DNA from: Phoronis australis
Taxonomy: Eukaryota; Animalia; Phoronida
Assembly (NCBI GenBank): GCA_002633005.1
Contig: NMRA01000034.1
Coordinates: 64,771-128,770 of the forward strand
Reading direction: 5' to 3'
Length of the DNA: 64,000 nt
The translations under genes were made by a program, and so were the position numbers. The notes beneath the pieces are model-generated. The model was given only the letters and a program-made list of their open reading frames with translations, made no database searches and had not been told where the DNA came from. This document shows positions 1 to 31,544 of this stretch, piece by piece (within the stretch, counting starts at the first letter, position 1; the number at the start of each line of letters is the position of its first letter).

Positions 1-547
1 CTCACTTATCCTTTCTACAAATGCTCATGTCCACTGACAACATCTCACACATTATTTAGTCATGGTCATTAGATTCATGTATCATCCAAATAGTGTATAA
101 ATGTTTTCACTGTACCGCAGAGTTCCGTCAGTCCCACTAAAGAATTTGTCGTAACAGACTAGCTTTAATAGAGTACCTTACCTCAGAATAAGGTTCAACC
201 ATTGGATCTGAGCAAAAACGTTATATAGCTTTTCCATGCAGTTCTTCACCACTTAAAGTTGCATTTCGCCTCTGCATAGCACCAGCGCAAAGCCAAAGGC
301 AGTCGCTGAACACTTAACCTGAACCACAGCCCAGGGCTTCGTGGTTTTAAAACATATCCACACTCACTCGATCTCGAATTATTGCCGAATGAGCCAGCAA
401 ATTAATACAAAGGATATGATAATGGAATTTCTGAAGGCGCGACCGGGGTGAACTGTGAACAGGGTGAACCACGGTACATATAAATCGGTGAATTATCGAA
501 TGAACAAGGCCTACATTTCCGCACTCGGAAACGCAATAAAAACTTAC

Positions 548-719
548 CGAGACCTAATACAAGGGTGATATACCAAATGTCACGGCGTTTGAAAAGCTCC
601 ATTATTTTGTTCTGCGACGCATCTTTTATCACATTGCGATGTCCAGCCTTGGAATCCGTTTTTCCCGGTTTGATGGGCTTTTCACTGTTTTGATTTTGGT
701 GCCGCTTTCGAGTCGCCAT
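548..719 (-). CDS. Probable first coding exon of a divergently transcribed gene (basic N-terminus followed by the start of a hydrophobic/TM segment; DPY19-like is only a guess); the gene continues off the window to the left
   Basis: AAACATGGCG start at 719. Translation MATRKRHQ...KRRDIWYITLVLGL ends at a G|GTAAGT donor (plus-strand cttac 543-547). Downstream exons not identified with confidence. Confidence 0.45.
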
Positions 720-1136
720 GTTTGTTATTGTACACGTAGCGTGCCCTCATGCGGCAGTCTTTAGCGTTCCTGCTTCGGCAATTTCCGTAAAATCATAGAC
801 TTTACAAAAAATTAAAAAGATAAAATTAAGGAACTTCATTTTAGTAAAAAAGACCAAAAATTGCACAAAATTCTATTCTAGGAAAACTTTTAAACTTGTC
901 TTCCTTAAAACTCTCCAAACTATCCATACCGGAATAAACCGAGGTTAACCAAATATGGATATGCACAAGGTTTCCCATAACAACTTTGGAGTTTACATAT
1001 GGCAGACAGGCTCTTGCAGATGTAGTATATAGACGTGTGTAGTTAGGAGACGGAGAACAAAAGTAACAGTGTATACAGTCGTGTTTGGGAATTGTCACAG
1101 TCTTTTTACAGCCAAGAAGTTGAATTTTCAGACAAA
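720..1136. promoter_or_regulatory. Putative short bidirectional promoter / 5' UTR region between head-to-head start codons
   Basis: Only ~420 bp separate the ATG at 719 (-) from the ATG at 1137 (+). CpGs are locally enriched around 440-790. Confidence 0.35.
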
Positions 1137-4100
1137 ATGGGAGAAGTTATTTCTGACAGAGTTGTCCTGAGTGACTCTACGTTTAAGACCAGGCCAGATT
1201 TTGCAACAAATTTGAGATCAGACGCCAATGCCGGCTACAACTCTGTTAAACAAATTGAGGAACAACGTCGCCTTAGACACATGAAGTTTCCCACATTAGC
1301 TGGGAGAGCGGATGTAGACTCATTTCAGAACAAAAACAGCATTGCTTATAAGAAGTGGAATGATGAAGGAGATTTCCGCCCTGTGGCTCCTTTCCGAAGT
1401 TATGACAACATTGTCGATCCAGTGTCTGGATTTGTAAGTGCTGGAGGTGATGCTGATAGGCAAACTGGTATTCGACACATTCCTACAATGGTCGCTTTGA
1501 CACATACACCACAGTCTCAGCCTCCACATGAGAAACATTCTGTCCGTGTGAATATGAAAGCAGCGCCTCTCGAGACAAGACGTAAGACGGAGGAAGATAG
1601 TGGATCACCTTCACTGTGGAATAGTAGGAAATTGCTGGATGTGGTCATTCGCAATCAGCTTGGAGGTAAGGGCTGCCATAACACAAGACATTTACTTGGT
1701 CTATTTTAGCCTGGAGACATGTGGACTTCAAGTATTTCACGTGTGACTATATTTTGTCCTGCTGATTACTAAATCTTGAAGTTTCATCAAAGACTGGCTA
1801 GGTACATGGGCACTAGTCAGATATACTGGACCCTGATTTAGTGAACCAGTTTCACCCATGGGCCCATTCAGTTATTTCCTCCAGGTTCTCTAAATTAAGG
1901 TCCACTCCATAATGTGCCATCACTGCCAGTACATGTTCCTATCGTGACTTTATTAGACAAATCCTAGCTTTCTGCAATTCTGGTATATGCAAAGCAGCAA
2001 ACGATTATTTTTTTCTAGATTATGAAAATTGGAACTTCGATCTTAACCAACACAATTTCATTTTAAATTCACTCTATTCTTTGTCTAGCCTGAACACTTT
2101 GGGTAAGTATACAATTATCACAGTTGTTACCTACCTGTTGGCTTTTGTTATAATTACCACGGTAGATAATTTTAGTATGGTAGCTCCATTTGGCATAAAT
2201 TAAGTTTGTTTCCCTTGCATGGCCGAACATAACATTTGTGGGACTGGGAACTCAAAACATTTTATTTGAAATATGACAAAATATTTTTTTCAGTTGTGAA
2301 ATAATTTACATTAAAAAATAGCATGGTTGACATTGGTAAATGGAAAATAAATTATGCGTTCCTATTTTAGGCTAGGTGTGAGTTTAAGGCAAATATTTAC
2401 AAAACCAGTTTAATAGTGGCTTAAATAATAACTAAAGTATCCATGTTCATAATTAGATATAGTAAATGTAGTTGGTGATGTTGGCCAATAATCTAGAGAC
2501 CTGTGCTTCAATTCCCAGATGGGGTTCCTGATTTTTCTACGTTTATTTCATCTCTGTTAGCCATAAGATAAGTTTCATTTAATCATCAACTATTTAAACA
2601 AGGAAAATTGCATGTGTCTGCTCCTTTTCTTTATGATTTCATGCTTTGACCATTCACGAAATATAAGATTAAAGATCACCACTAACCCGCAGCGCTTCAT
2701 TTACCTTTTGTGTTAGAATGACTATCAAACTCCTGAAGTGTGCTTATCTCAGAGGATCCTGTACAGTAAAAAAATTGTCCCGAGTCACTATCTCAGTAAA
2801 TGTTCAGAGTTACGTCATTGCTATTTTTAACTTTTCATACTATAGTTATGATTGCCACATGTCTCAATTGTTCTGTGGCTTTAAAACATACATATTTCTC
2901 AACAGATAAATTGCATTATTTTGTGCAGTTGAATTTATAAGTCACATTTGAATTAAACACACGTGTGCAAAGTTCATCCAACAGACAACAGCTCACTGAA
3001 GACTGTACTGGTAAATCTTTGTCATGCCAGGAAATTAGAGCTAGAAACACACTATCCCTCTGTACTCGGTAAACTATAATCATTCTTCCTTCAGTATGTC
3101 CCTGAAATGTGGGATTCACTACTGACGCTACAAAGATGCAATAAATACAAAATATCTTTTGCAGTTGGTAACAGTACTCATATCCTTTGTTTCTAAAAGG
3201 GATAATAGCTGGATATAAAGTGCCCGCATTTTGAGAACCAGTTTGATGCCTGTTATTCAGCGGAGAAAACTGCTACTCAAAATGCAGGCAAAAATGCAAC
3301 TATAACCCTCAAAGAGATCGTCAAAATATTATTGATTTAGTGAACATATACAGCTTTATGATGAAGGTGTGATTGAATTTTAGGTTGGACGAGTGATGTA
3401 GACCCAAGAAAGGTTGAAGAGGTTAAACAACAAAAACCCCTGCCTCATACAGGAAGTAGGTTTGAAACTGACCTGAAAAGTAAAGAGATTCGTGATAAAT
3501 TGGCCCTGAAGTACATGTACACATCATCAACTCAAAGGTGAGTTTGACCATCCTAATTAGTATGTTAACAGTAAAACAATAAGTTTACAAATTCTGCCAA
3601 AATTTGCATGTCTTGAGGTGGAGAGTGCAAAACTAACATGAGAAAATAAAAGTTCATGAAGAAATTAGTTGAAAAATGTTCAGGTTTTGAAATGAATAAC
3701 GGATCATCAACTTTTCACTGAGAAAGTATTCTCCAGCTTTTTTAAAAGCTGAAATAATTGTGTAATTTGTAGTTAGATGGTTTAAAAGGGGTCCGTACAT
3801 GCCACTTTTGACAGGACTCAAATGTTCCACTTTTGGCAGGACAGTCCTGATTTTTGAAACTTTGTCCAGTGTCCTGCCACAGAGTCAGAATTACCCACTT
3901 TAAGACACACACAATGATGTTGACTGTATTATTTTTTGTATAATTTTGTGCTTTTGCATACACTTTACCCCAACCTATTTCCGTGTTCCATTCCATAGGC
4001 ATGACAACAAAATAAAAGTAGTATGCCAACAGCATGGTGTGACTGGCAATGCTGTGACGCACTCTCTTATGATACGATCTAGATACAGCTGGTGTTCTAT

Positions 4101-5789
4101 GCAGAAAAATGACAATGAAATTACATATCAAAAAACACCATTTCATGTTTTTATCAAGATCTTATGAAGATATTCCTTGGGACAACAAACTGATACCAAA
4201 GCTATGGTCATCAGCAACCACCTTGGAGGAGCGTCCAGACATGCTTGACCAGAGGTGGACGCTAAAGAGATACGAGCCTCGCGCGGAAGAATGGCAGTGT
4301 ACAGGCAGAGCCTGGGATTGGTTCCAGACCAGGAAGGCTCATTACAAACCCAAGGCTGTCGTCTTGTAAGTATATTGTGCAGTCTGTAGATTTTACAATA
4401 GTTGCAAAATTCATAGACTAAGACTAGTATGCTCTTAATCCAACTTTTTCAGCCGCCAAAGTGCAGAAGAAAACCAAGCAAACATCAAGCATCAGTATTT
4501 AAAACATTGGAAATAATTTTAATGTTCACTTATTAATGTATTATAATTTTTCCATTTATCCATAAGTATCATGTACTTGGCACATACTTTGAATAATTTT
4601 AACAACGGCACTTTTGGATGGTGACATTCTTTGTCGACTGTTCTGACAATCTATGCTTGACAAGTATGATAATCTGTATAAAATGAGAGTTTTGAAACTC
4701 AACATGTTAGACCTTCAAAATCCAATTGTCATCATCGTTGCTGTTCTGATAATAAAGTAACCTTCTTTATTTCAGCACAAGTGAACATCCCCGAACACAC
4801 CAGATTCCTTTGTACAGTGGCTGTATTGGTGGTGTCAACTTAGATGAAATAGACAACAGAGATGAACCGTTTAACCCACTCACAGTCAAAAGGAATGCTC
4901 AACCGTGGTACACAGAAACTGCTCAGTAAGTTTCATGATAATAACTATATCGTGGGTTATGACCATCACGTAACACAAGTCAGTTAACATGACATAACAA
5001 TTTCAACATGACATGACACAATTACAAGATAACATACAATACTTAGTCTACTGATTTTCAGATAACTTTGAGGACAAATAAATTCATGAAAATATTCCTC
5101 CACACCAGAAATAGAGACAGTCAGTACTCTCATAGAATATGAAGTTCTCCTTTGTTGCTACAAGCTTTCGATCAATGCTCCTCAATCCACAACTAGCAGG
5201 GCGCAAGCTTACCAAAATGATATGTGAAGTGGTACACCAAAACATGGTGTTTCGTGAAGAGTGCTATATATACATGATTACAAACATGCCATGATCAGGA
5301 TTTGTGTTTGTATTTTTCCTTGTACATGTTCATGTAATGAAACCCAATTAAAATGCCACTGTTTTCTATGTGCCTTGAACTGTCTAAAAGGTCACTTTTG
5401 ATTGAAGGCCATGTAAGATTGGTCACAACTTTAAATTGGGATTGGCAAGTACAGAATGTTTTTGCAAAAACAGGTTGTTAATCGATATGATATTTTAGCT
5501 TTACTTTAACTTGAATCACAAGTCAGTTGTGTTTAACACGTATTACTTTTTCTCTTCCAGCCGACCCAATATTCCACATTATAAAGGCTGCACATATTAT
5601 GAGAGGATACGTGAGCCCGCCCACACCACCGAGCTGCGGCCCCAGAAGGCATCTACTCTGCGTGTACATAGGCAGTTCCCTATTAACCCTAACCCTAGTG
5701 TTCTGATAGCTCCCATGTCAAAGATGATCACCACGGTACCTCCCAACAACCCATTCAACAAAGTGGAGGTACCCCACGTTACCTGCTGA
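1137..5789 (+). CDS. SPATA48: SPATA48/SPMIP7 (C7orf72)-like sperm/ciliary microtubule inner protein, 5 coding exons, ~422 aa
   Basis: Exons 1137-1665, 3384-3537, 4159-4365, 4776-4925 and 5561-5789 all have GT-AG borders and compatible phases (1269 nt in total). Motifs recalled from the family: LGGWTS, YTSSTQRSYEDIPWD, QIPLYSGCIG, RPNIPHYKG and the C-terminal SKMITTVPPNNPFNK. Confidence 0.75.
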
Positions 5790-5934
5790 GGCATTGTTGA
5801 AGTAGACCCTATTGTATGTGTTCGAGAAAATTTATGTGTACAAATCATGTAAACACATTGGAAGGAGATTGCATTTCTACTTGTGATACAAGACAGTTAG
5901 TCAGAGAACATTTATGCACCTCTGGTGATTTTTT

Positions 5935-6140
5935 CTCATTTCTGTTGTGGCGTCTATAGGTGGCGTATAAGGTCTCTACAAGAGAACGCCACTACTGTCG
6001 GTCCTGTGCTTGGTGGTGATATGCAGAATTTCAGGGGTCACGACGATGCATTTCGTGCTCTATAGAATCTTCTCCATGTTTGTCTTGGTTTTCGTCTGCC
6101 CTTACACCTGCCTGCCATCCATTTCATTGCCACTCATGGT
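5935..6140 (-). mobile_element. Degenerate 3' end of an RTE-clade LINE in the 3' region of the SPATA48-like gene
   Basis: The minus strand reads GRRKPRQTWRR...AQDRQ*WRSLVETLYA, resembling the GRPxxTW / AQDRxxWR C-terminal motifs of RTE ORF2, with stops. Confidence 0.55.
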
Positions 6141-9137
6141 ATAGTTTACTCTAAGCTAATATTTTCTGTAAAATCTCACCAATTCACTACTTGCACACTT
6201 TGGTGGCGTTGCAAAAATGATCCTTGTGCATTCTTATTCTGACAGGACACATTGCCTCGTTTTAGCATTAATTTTAACAACGTAAAGGTGAAAGAGCACG
6301 TGTTCCAAACATGCAGAACCATTGTAGTTTGGACACAACACCTCATTTTGAAATATGTACGTGCAAGTAGTGAATAGATTCAAACACAATCATCAAAATT
6401 GGCCTTTTCTTCATTGTCAAAGGCTTCTAACATTGATGTGAATGCCACCATTTCTCAGAAAAAAATCAGATGGTAAATATGGTTCAGAAATTAAAAATGA
6501 TAATAGCCTTTTCTGGTCTTACCTTTAACAAATATGTGAGGAAATAAAATTTCATGCGTCTGTCAGATTGTGTCCTAAACTGTTGTGATTTAAATAATCA
6601 AATTATCTTTTGATCAATGATGTGGATCTCAATCAAATCATGGAAATTCATGTCACTGTGTTTGATGACTGTCTTCATGTACTTTAGATTCTGATCCAGA
6701 CTCTTTAATAAATGTGCCAAATATTGCTTAGTGTGCACATAGTTTAGTCGCTGGAAGGTTTTGTGAATTTAGTGTTTGTATGTTATTTAGGGATATTGCT
6801 CAACTTCAATGAGTGCATTAAGATATTGAAATATCTACCAAAGATTGTACTGCTGTTAAACTGTGATACGTTGTCTCCCCTCTTGTGAATTTTTATGCTG
6901 CGCACATCACGTTTTAAACTTATGCAACAGAACCAGATGTACTTCTGCAGTCAAGCAGTCTAGAACCTAAAAGTCTTCTCTGCTCATTCTAGACGAAGTG
7001 TAGCATCCAACTCTTCCATTTTATTGCTATTTGTTATGACCCCCATTGTAATTACATTTGTCTACTGCAGATGTTTGCCTTTTCCAATTTTCTCTGAATT
7101 GCTCAACGTATGTTTATTTGAAGTCTCTGAAAATATATTTTCCTTTAATAATGAGCGTGCTTTATCCAAGAGACTCCAGATGAATATCATGGTTACCACT
7201 CACTTTCGATTCCTCATTTTCCATGTTTGTTTCAGGTTATAATTTTTTCATCGAGTTGTTTACTCACAAAAAGGAGCGAGATGCATATGTTAATAAATTT
7301 TGTTCGTTTGGCGCCAAGTATAATTAAATGCACCGACTCCCAATACGACTCGCAAAATGAGTATCCCTTGAATTTCCATGCATTTTCCACTACTTTTTAC
7401 TATTTTTTTCACTTTCCACGAGTTTTATTCTTGACATTTCCAAAATTTCTGGGATGAGTAGAAATCATAGTACTCCAAAAGATTCTTATTGTAAGTGCAA
7501 GCATGGTTTGTGTGATAACATTCTAGAGCCAATATCAAACACTGTACAATAACATTTTAAACTCATTGAAGCCCAACTCAAATTAAAACTGAAGAAATAG
7601 CTTATTCTGACAAACAAGATTTTTGTTTTTTAGCGCAATTTTTCGACAATGAACGATCAAGAAAATTCTCGGCAACGAAACAGTGACTAATCCCCCTTAG
7701 TTACAAGTATCTTGGGACCGTGGTTAGCTGTATCTGATGAAAACACTTCCTTTTCTAGTACGCAAGTTTGTAAGCTTGTATGAGTGCTACACCTATGCAA
7801 GGAAGGTATCCCTGAGTGCTGACTGATAGCTAATGAACCAAGACAGCTGAAACTGAGCACAGAGTTAAGATACATGTATCTTCCTAGAATATACAACAAA
7901 CAACTATTTGTGTGTCATTTCTCTTACTGATGCATCACTAATAAACACTAGATAAAATTCATGTTCGCGTAACTTACAAGGCTACACATGTGAAGTAACA
8001 CTGGCAACAACGAGAACCATAACATGTTTATTGTTGCAGTACACAACCATGTGCAAGCACGATGTCTGTATTCCCATCCGTTATCTGTACATCACGTACT
8101 GCTAAACGAGGCAAACAATTTTCCATTCAACTGACAGTTTTGGGCTCATAATCTTGTTTTTCGGACCTGCCACTGAACCAAAAATCAAGCCACAACATTA
8201 CAATAATTATAGGTGAATAGTTAAAAAGAGAAATACCTTTATTTGACAGAGCACCTCCCAACTAGATCAAGCCAAAATTGCATACTCCAACTGGATTAAA
8301 TCAAGTTAGCAGCCGTGATTCATCTCATTGAAGCAATCATTGAAACCATTTACATACATTCTTTTACCACGTTTAACTATGAAACTTTTGACACCATACT
8401 ACAAACCAAAGCAAAGGGTTCCACTCGCCCCTCTAAGAAAAACAAAACTATGGTTCCCAAAGATGGCAATGCGTGAGGTTTTGAGAGGCAACACTCAACT
8501 TGTAGTCGGTTTTTCATTTCTGTAATAAAAAAATTGTTCATTCTTCTCAAATTAGGCAATTGTTACTGGTTAACTTCCTTAAAACTAAAGAACTGCTGTT
8601 TCGGTTAACCCTTAATAACGGTTTCAGCCCTACTGCTAGAAAAGCACGGTTATCAAATGAATGAAATTTTTATTTTTGAATACATTTTTAATCATAAAAA
8701 CCCTCAGTCAGTGTCCAGCTTACAACAAAAAAGAAACGGCTGCGCTTATACAGTCTCCCAAGAACATAATTACGCTTTGGCGTAACTTCCTAATAAACAA
8801 AACTCCATGACAGGTAGTAAGCAATACAACCAGGATAGACATCTCAAATCCCAAGTTACTCACACATGTCTAAAATGGGTGAGAGTACTCCAGAGTGTTC
8901 ACACCAGAAATAGTCTAATATTAGAAAACAAAATCCATCTTAACTTGTAGCCACATAATGACCAGAGTCTTAACAATGAGACTTGTTTGTAAATGTCTTA
9001 ATTCACAACAGCCTCCACGAATCTGTGAAAATCTAGAATTTGTTTACAGCATCAGCTTCCATGTTCTTTCACGAAAATCTTTCAGGCATGCTAAATCATT
9101 TTCAATTTTACCACAACGGTAATATTCACACACCAAG

Positions 9138-27565
<18,428 letters not shown>

Positions 27566-27566
27566 N
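27566..27566. other. Assembly gap (single N) truncating a DDX23 exon
   Basis: An N lies inside RS-rich coding sequence. The sequence beyond it is not an obvious continuation of that exon. Confidence 0.85.
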
Positions 27567-28242
27567 CACGTAGGGGGCTGCTCCTGCTCCCCTCAATTGG
27601 CAGGTTAAGGGCTACAATACTTCCCACTGCTTTCTGTACTAATTTCGTCTATTTTAAATGGGCGGTAGGCACAATTTGCTCACCGATTACGAGTTATTGA
27701 TGCCATGACTTTCCGTGATGAATCGGCAATTGCTGTACATCCGTAACTCATCGGAAAATTCCATACCCTGCATGTGGGACCAAGGAGTTTCTCCGGACAA
27801 GCTTTTTGGGAAGATTTTTGTGCTTTGACCTGCGAATTTCTTGCGATCTTGGTGGAGCAGGACACCGTAAATGGTATTGGGGGAAAAGAACAATTCTTCA
27901 TGGATTGTTGAACCTGTTTTGTGTAAATTTATTGAGTTTTATGTTTGCTATGGACGGCTGAAGTGAAGCACCCGTGGTCCGGAGTGCCATACCTTGTAGT
28001 ATTATATGATAGTGTATTGGGGACAATCAGAAGTTGCGGACGCCTGTGCTCATAATGTCTTGCTTAAAAAATGCTGCAGCTAATAGTAATGGTCAGTTTG
28101 GTCTTGCCACAGGATTTTTTCCAGAGAAGCTGGTTTTGTAAGATGAACTGTGGCAGGTGAATGAATGGTTGATGTTCCTAATTTGCAACAGAAAGTACCG
28201 TAAGAATAATAACAGGAACAAAGGACATTTCCCGGTACTTAC

Positions 28243-28400
28243 TCAACTGGCCCCAAGCAAAACACTTATTCAATGGAGGCCGCCATTTGTAAAACAGTGC
28301 TTCCGGTTCGTTCGTACTTTTCCGGTGATTTCCGGGAAGACAGCCGGTCAGTAGTAGCAAAGACGCTAACGGTCTCTGGTTTTGCCAGGTGGCGCAACGT
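28243..28400 (-). promoter_or_regulatory. Putative DDX23 promoter and first (likely non-coding) exon
   Basis: CpG-rich patch with several ETS-like CCGGAA motifs (~28300-28340) and a YY1-like AAATGGCG (28281-28288, minus). A donor TTGA|GTAAGT lies at 28243/28242. Confidence 0.55.
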
Positions 28401-28419
28401 ACGACGAAAACGAAAGGAT

Positions 28420-29238
28420 AGCGTCATTCCATCAATAGATGCTTATGTATACCAAATCTTATGAAAATCTGTCAAGTATGAAGATACCGTGAGATCGAGG
28501 TAATAAAAAACTAAAATTGCCACTATATAGGGGCACAATGGTGGTCAGATCCGTACAAAAGTCTAAGTTGTCAGTTTTCAACTTCATATAAATGCACTTG
28601 CTAAATACAGTAAAGATCATGCATAGTGTTTAGGAAATACAGTCCACTATGGGTGCAAAAATCAAACCTACCACTAGGAGGCGCCACAATGGTTGAGGCT
28701 GTCGGAAAATCAGCCGTCCTCTTCATAGCAAGAACATACCTGGCAATTTTTACAGTCAACCTCAAAGCACTATGAGTTTGGTTTTGGCGGACGTCAAAAA
28801 CGGCGGAGACACGAAAACAGTAAAAATGGCCACTAGGTGGCGCAAAATACCTCGAATCCATCGGAAAATGTGAGGGTAGCATCATCTCACTAATCATGTA
28901 GATGCCTATATACCAAATTTTATGAAAATCTGTTGAGGATCGATCTTTGAAGATACCCTAGAGGGGAACGTAAAAAACTAAAATTACCACTAGGGGGCAC
29001 ACCGGTAGTCGGACCCGTCCGAAAGTCATACGGTACCATCCATGAAAGAAACACGTGCAAAATAAGTTCATGAACATACGTCAAAGGCAGTCACTCAAAG
29101 GCTTTTGGAGATCAGCGGACACCTGGCGGACGCCGGACGGACGGGGATGACCGTACGGCTTAATGCGTCCACATATAAACATGTGGGCGCATACTACGGC
29201 ATAATGCGTCCACACATTAATATGTGGGCGCATAAAAA
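28420..29238 (-). mobile_element. Helentron-associated (HINE/DINE-like) non-autonomous element with internal ~155-160 bp tandem units
   Basis: Terminal hairpin ATGCGTCCACA..TGTGGGCGCAT occurs twice (29163-29192, 29204-29233). It is adjacent to a (GGAC)n-like tract and ends in an A-run. Internal repeats recur, and related sequence lies at 31805-32295 and 63930-64000. Confidence 0.55.
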
Positions 29239-31048
29239 TGTTTAGCCAAAATGCATCTAATTGTAGTCACTGGCAACTGAGTGGCCACTGAGTCACATAT
29301 TCAGTGACGAGAGATCACTGAGCTGCACAGTAGGCGTGGGCGGCGCAGCACTAAAATAATTAAGTGGGGGGCTAATGCGTCCCGCTGCCCCTCGGGGCCA
29401 ATTAAAACTCACTGGCCTTCCATCACAAAAAACAATTATTGATTCCGGCAAGACCATTGGTCCCAATTAAGCTACTTATAGTCCGGCAAATTGGAGACCG
29501 GCGCTTTTCATTGCTTGAGAACGCCAAAACAAGTGCAAGGTTTTTACCATGCAGAAATTGGCAGTCTGAATGAGTCAGGAACATCAATGACATCAATTTT
29601 CAAGCTCGGGGAGACTACTGACATACCGTGGTCTAAATCCGCCTCTTCGGCGGAACGCGGGTGAATGAGTAAATCATAGGGCCTTGAACTTTGCAGTTAC
29701 AGTCATAGTAAAAGTACAGATCGCTGGTATAAATGATTATCTTGGGGATGTATTAAAATGAGTGATTTCCTTGGCGTACGTGTGCTTACTCCAAAAAATT
29801 GAACAATATGTCACTTACGTAGACGGCCCGGCAATGGGCCCGCATCTTTGTATGGCATTCACCTAATGTCCTTCTCTTTGTTAAAGACTTGCAGGTCATT
29901 CCCGTTTCAAAGGGACTTTGTGAATTAGCATGTAGAATCAAGATGCGCGAGCCGCTAATGCCATTTTCTGTTGTTTTAATACACAGTACATGTTCGCCAA
30001 GAAAGCAACAATTAACGAAACGTTATCTACAAGAGATAAGCAGGAATCTGCAAAGGTAACATAAAAAACGGTTGCAGTCCCCTTTGAGCTCGTACCGGGA
30101 AATTCGTGAGTCTCGGCCTAGTAAAGCCAATCATTATCAAATAGGCAAGGCCTACCATGCACTGATTTATCATCACATGGACGGGCACAATGCCACAGGT
30201 TCCGATGAGTCGCTGCAGTCGTTTTAATTAGACGTAGTAATTAGCGGAATGGAAAGCGCTGTCACTTAAGTTATTGTTTCAGTGTTTTTTTATTATTATT
30301 TTTGCAAATTGGTTAGTCTGTCTAATTTATAAAAAACGATAAACCGCTTTATCCGCCATAAAAGCTAACTTTTTAAAGACCACTTACCGATATGAAATTG
30401 CTCTCATAGTTCTTCCTTAGTCATCTTAAATGCGATTCCAGGGCTTACGAAGTGCATAACGCTATTTTGACTGTGAAGCGAACTTAGGGGTTTCAGAGAG
30501 TATACACTGGACACATGCTCTTATCATCTGAATAGGCCTTTCAAGGTGTGGGTCACAACACATGGCAATTAGGTCTGACCAGTTAGTGGCAATAAAATGT
30601 TATGGTCGACAACTAGTTTTTCTGTATAAATTGGCTTGTCCCGGTGGGTCACTTAATACGCACGAGCATGATCACCAGCTTTATTTGATATAAACAATGT
30701 TCCAGACGAGATCTCAAAAACGTCTTTTAATTTTACAAAACGTGATTTAGCTTTCCGTTTGCATTTTTTACGTAAATCATAAGCTGATAGCCCCTCGGCA
30801 AAAGTGGAACATTACCAAACAAGGCTTACAGCTTTAGAAGACCGGTGCGCGAAGCATTTAATTTGAAAGTTTCATATGAATCCGACCTGCCATTTCCGAT
30901 ATGTTTCGAAGTTGCCCGAATTTAGGTATTTTTCAAGGGACCTACACAAACATGAAACGCGTTCTAAAGGTGCTTAGTCACCATGTCTCGTACCAAAAGC
31001 TGACTAAAGAGAGCACCACGACCTAGTCGTGAGTGAGATTAGTGCAAA

Positions 31049-31369
31049 CAGGGGCGGATCCAGGAATTCGAGTTGGGGGGGAGGGGGGGGGGCAGGGCAC
31101 AGGAATAACCAGAATTTCGGCAGACGCGTGCGCCCAGCCTAAATTGTGGGGATGCAGGGTTCTCAAATTTTGGGTTTGCGTACCCGTTGACGAATAAATA
31201 AAAAATAAACGGGGTTTGTTCAGGGCCTATGCATTGTTTATTCACCCCGGAGCCCCCTTGCTTGCGCGCAAGTGCTAGTCAGCAATTCGCATCTTAACTC
31301 CCAAATGGTATCTGGTAGAATTTTAGGGGGGGGGGCATGGCCACCTTAGCCCCCCTAAATCCGCCACTG
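31049..31369. mobile_element. MITE with CAGGGGCGGAT-type TIRs and G-rich subterminal tracts (hAT-like termini)
   Basis: CAGGGGCGGATCCAGG ... CCTAAATCCGCCACTG. The TSD is not clearly preserved. Confidence 0.6.
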
Positions 31370-31544
31370 GTACACATGGAATATTTGTCCTATGCACCAT
31401 CAAAAATATCGGAGATGAAAGTCTAGGCACAGCCCGAAACGAGTATATTGTGTAAAATAAGTGCAGGCGGTCTGGTACATGTTGTACTAGACGTGCGCAG
31501 GCTGCTCTGGTGGACCCAATACACCGATCACCTGGAATCATTAT

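Noticed and set aside
182-207. 26-nt minus-strand mini-exon (ttttgctcag|ATCC...TGAG|gtaagg) as exon 2 of the left-hand gene
   Set aside because: The splice signals and phase fit, but there is no homology or expression support, so it was left unannotated.
2465-2540. tRNA-like or SINE remnant (also ~60525-60580)
   Set aside because: Only a degenerate box-B-like word is visible, too decayed to call.
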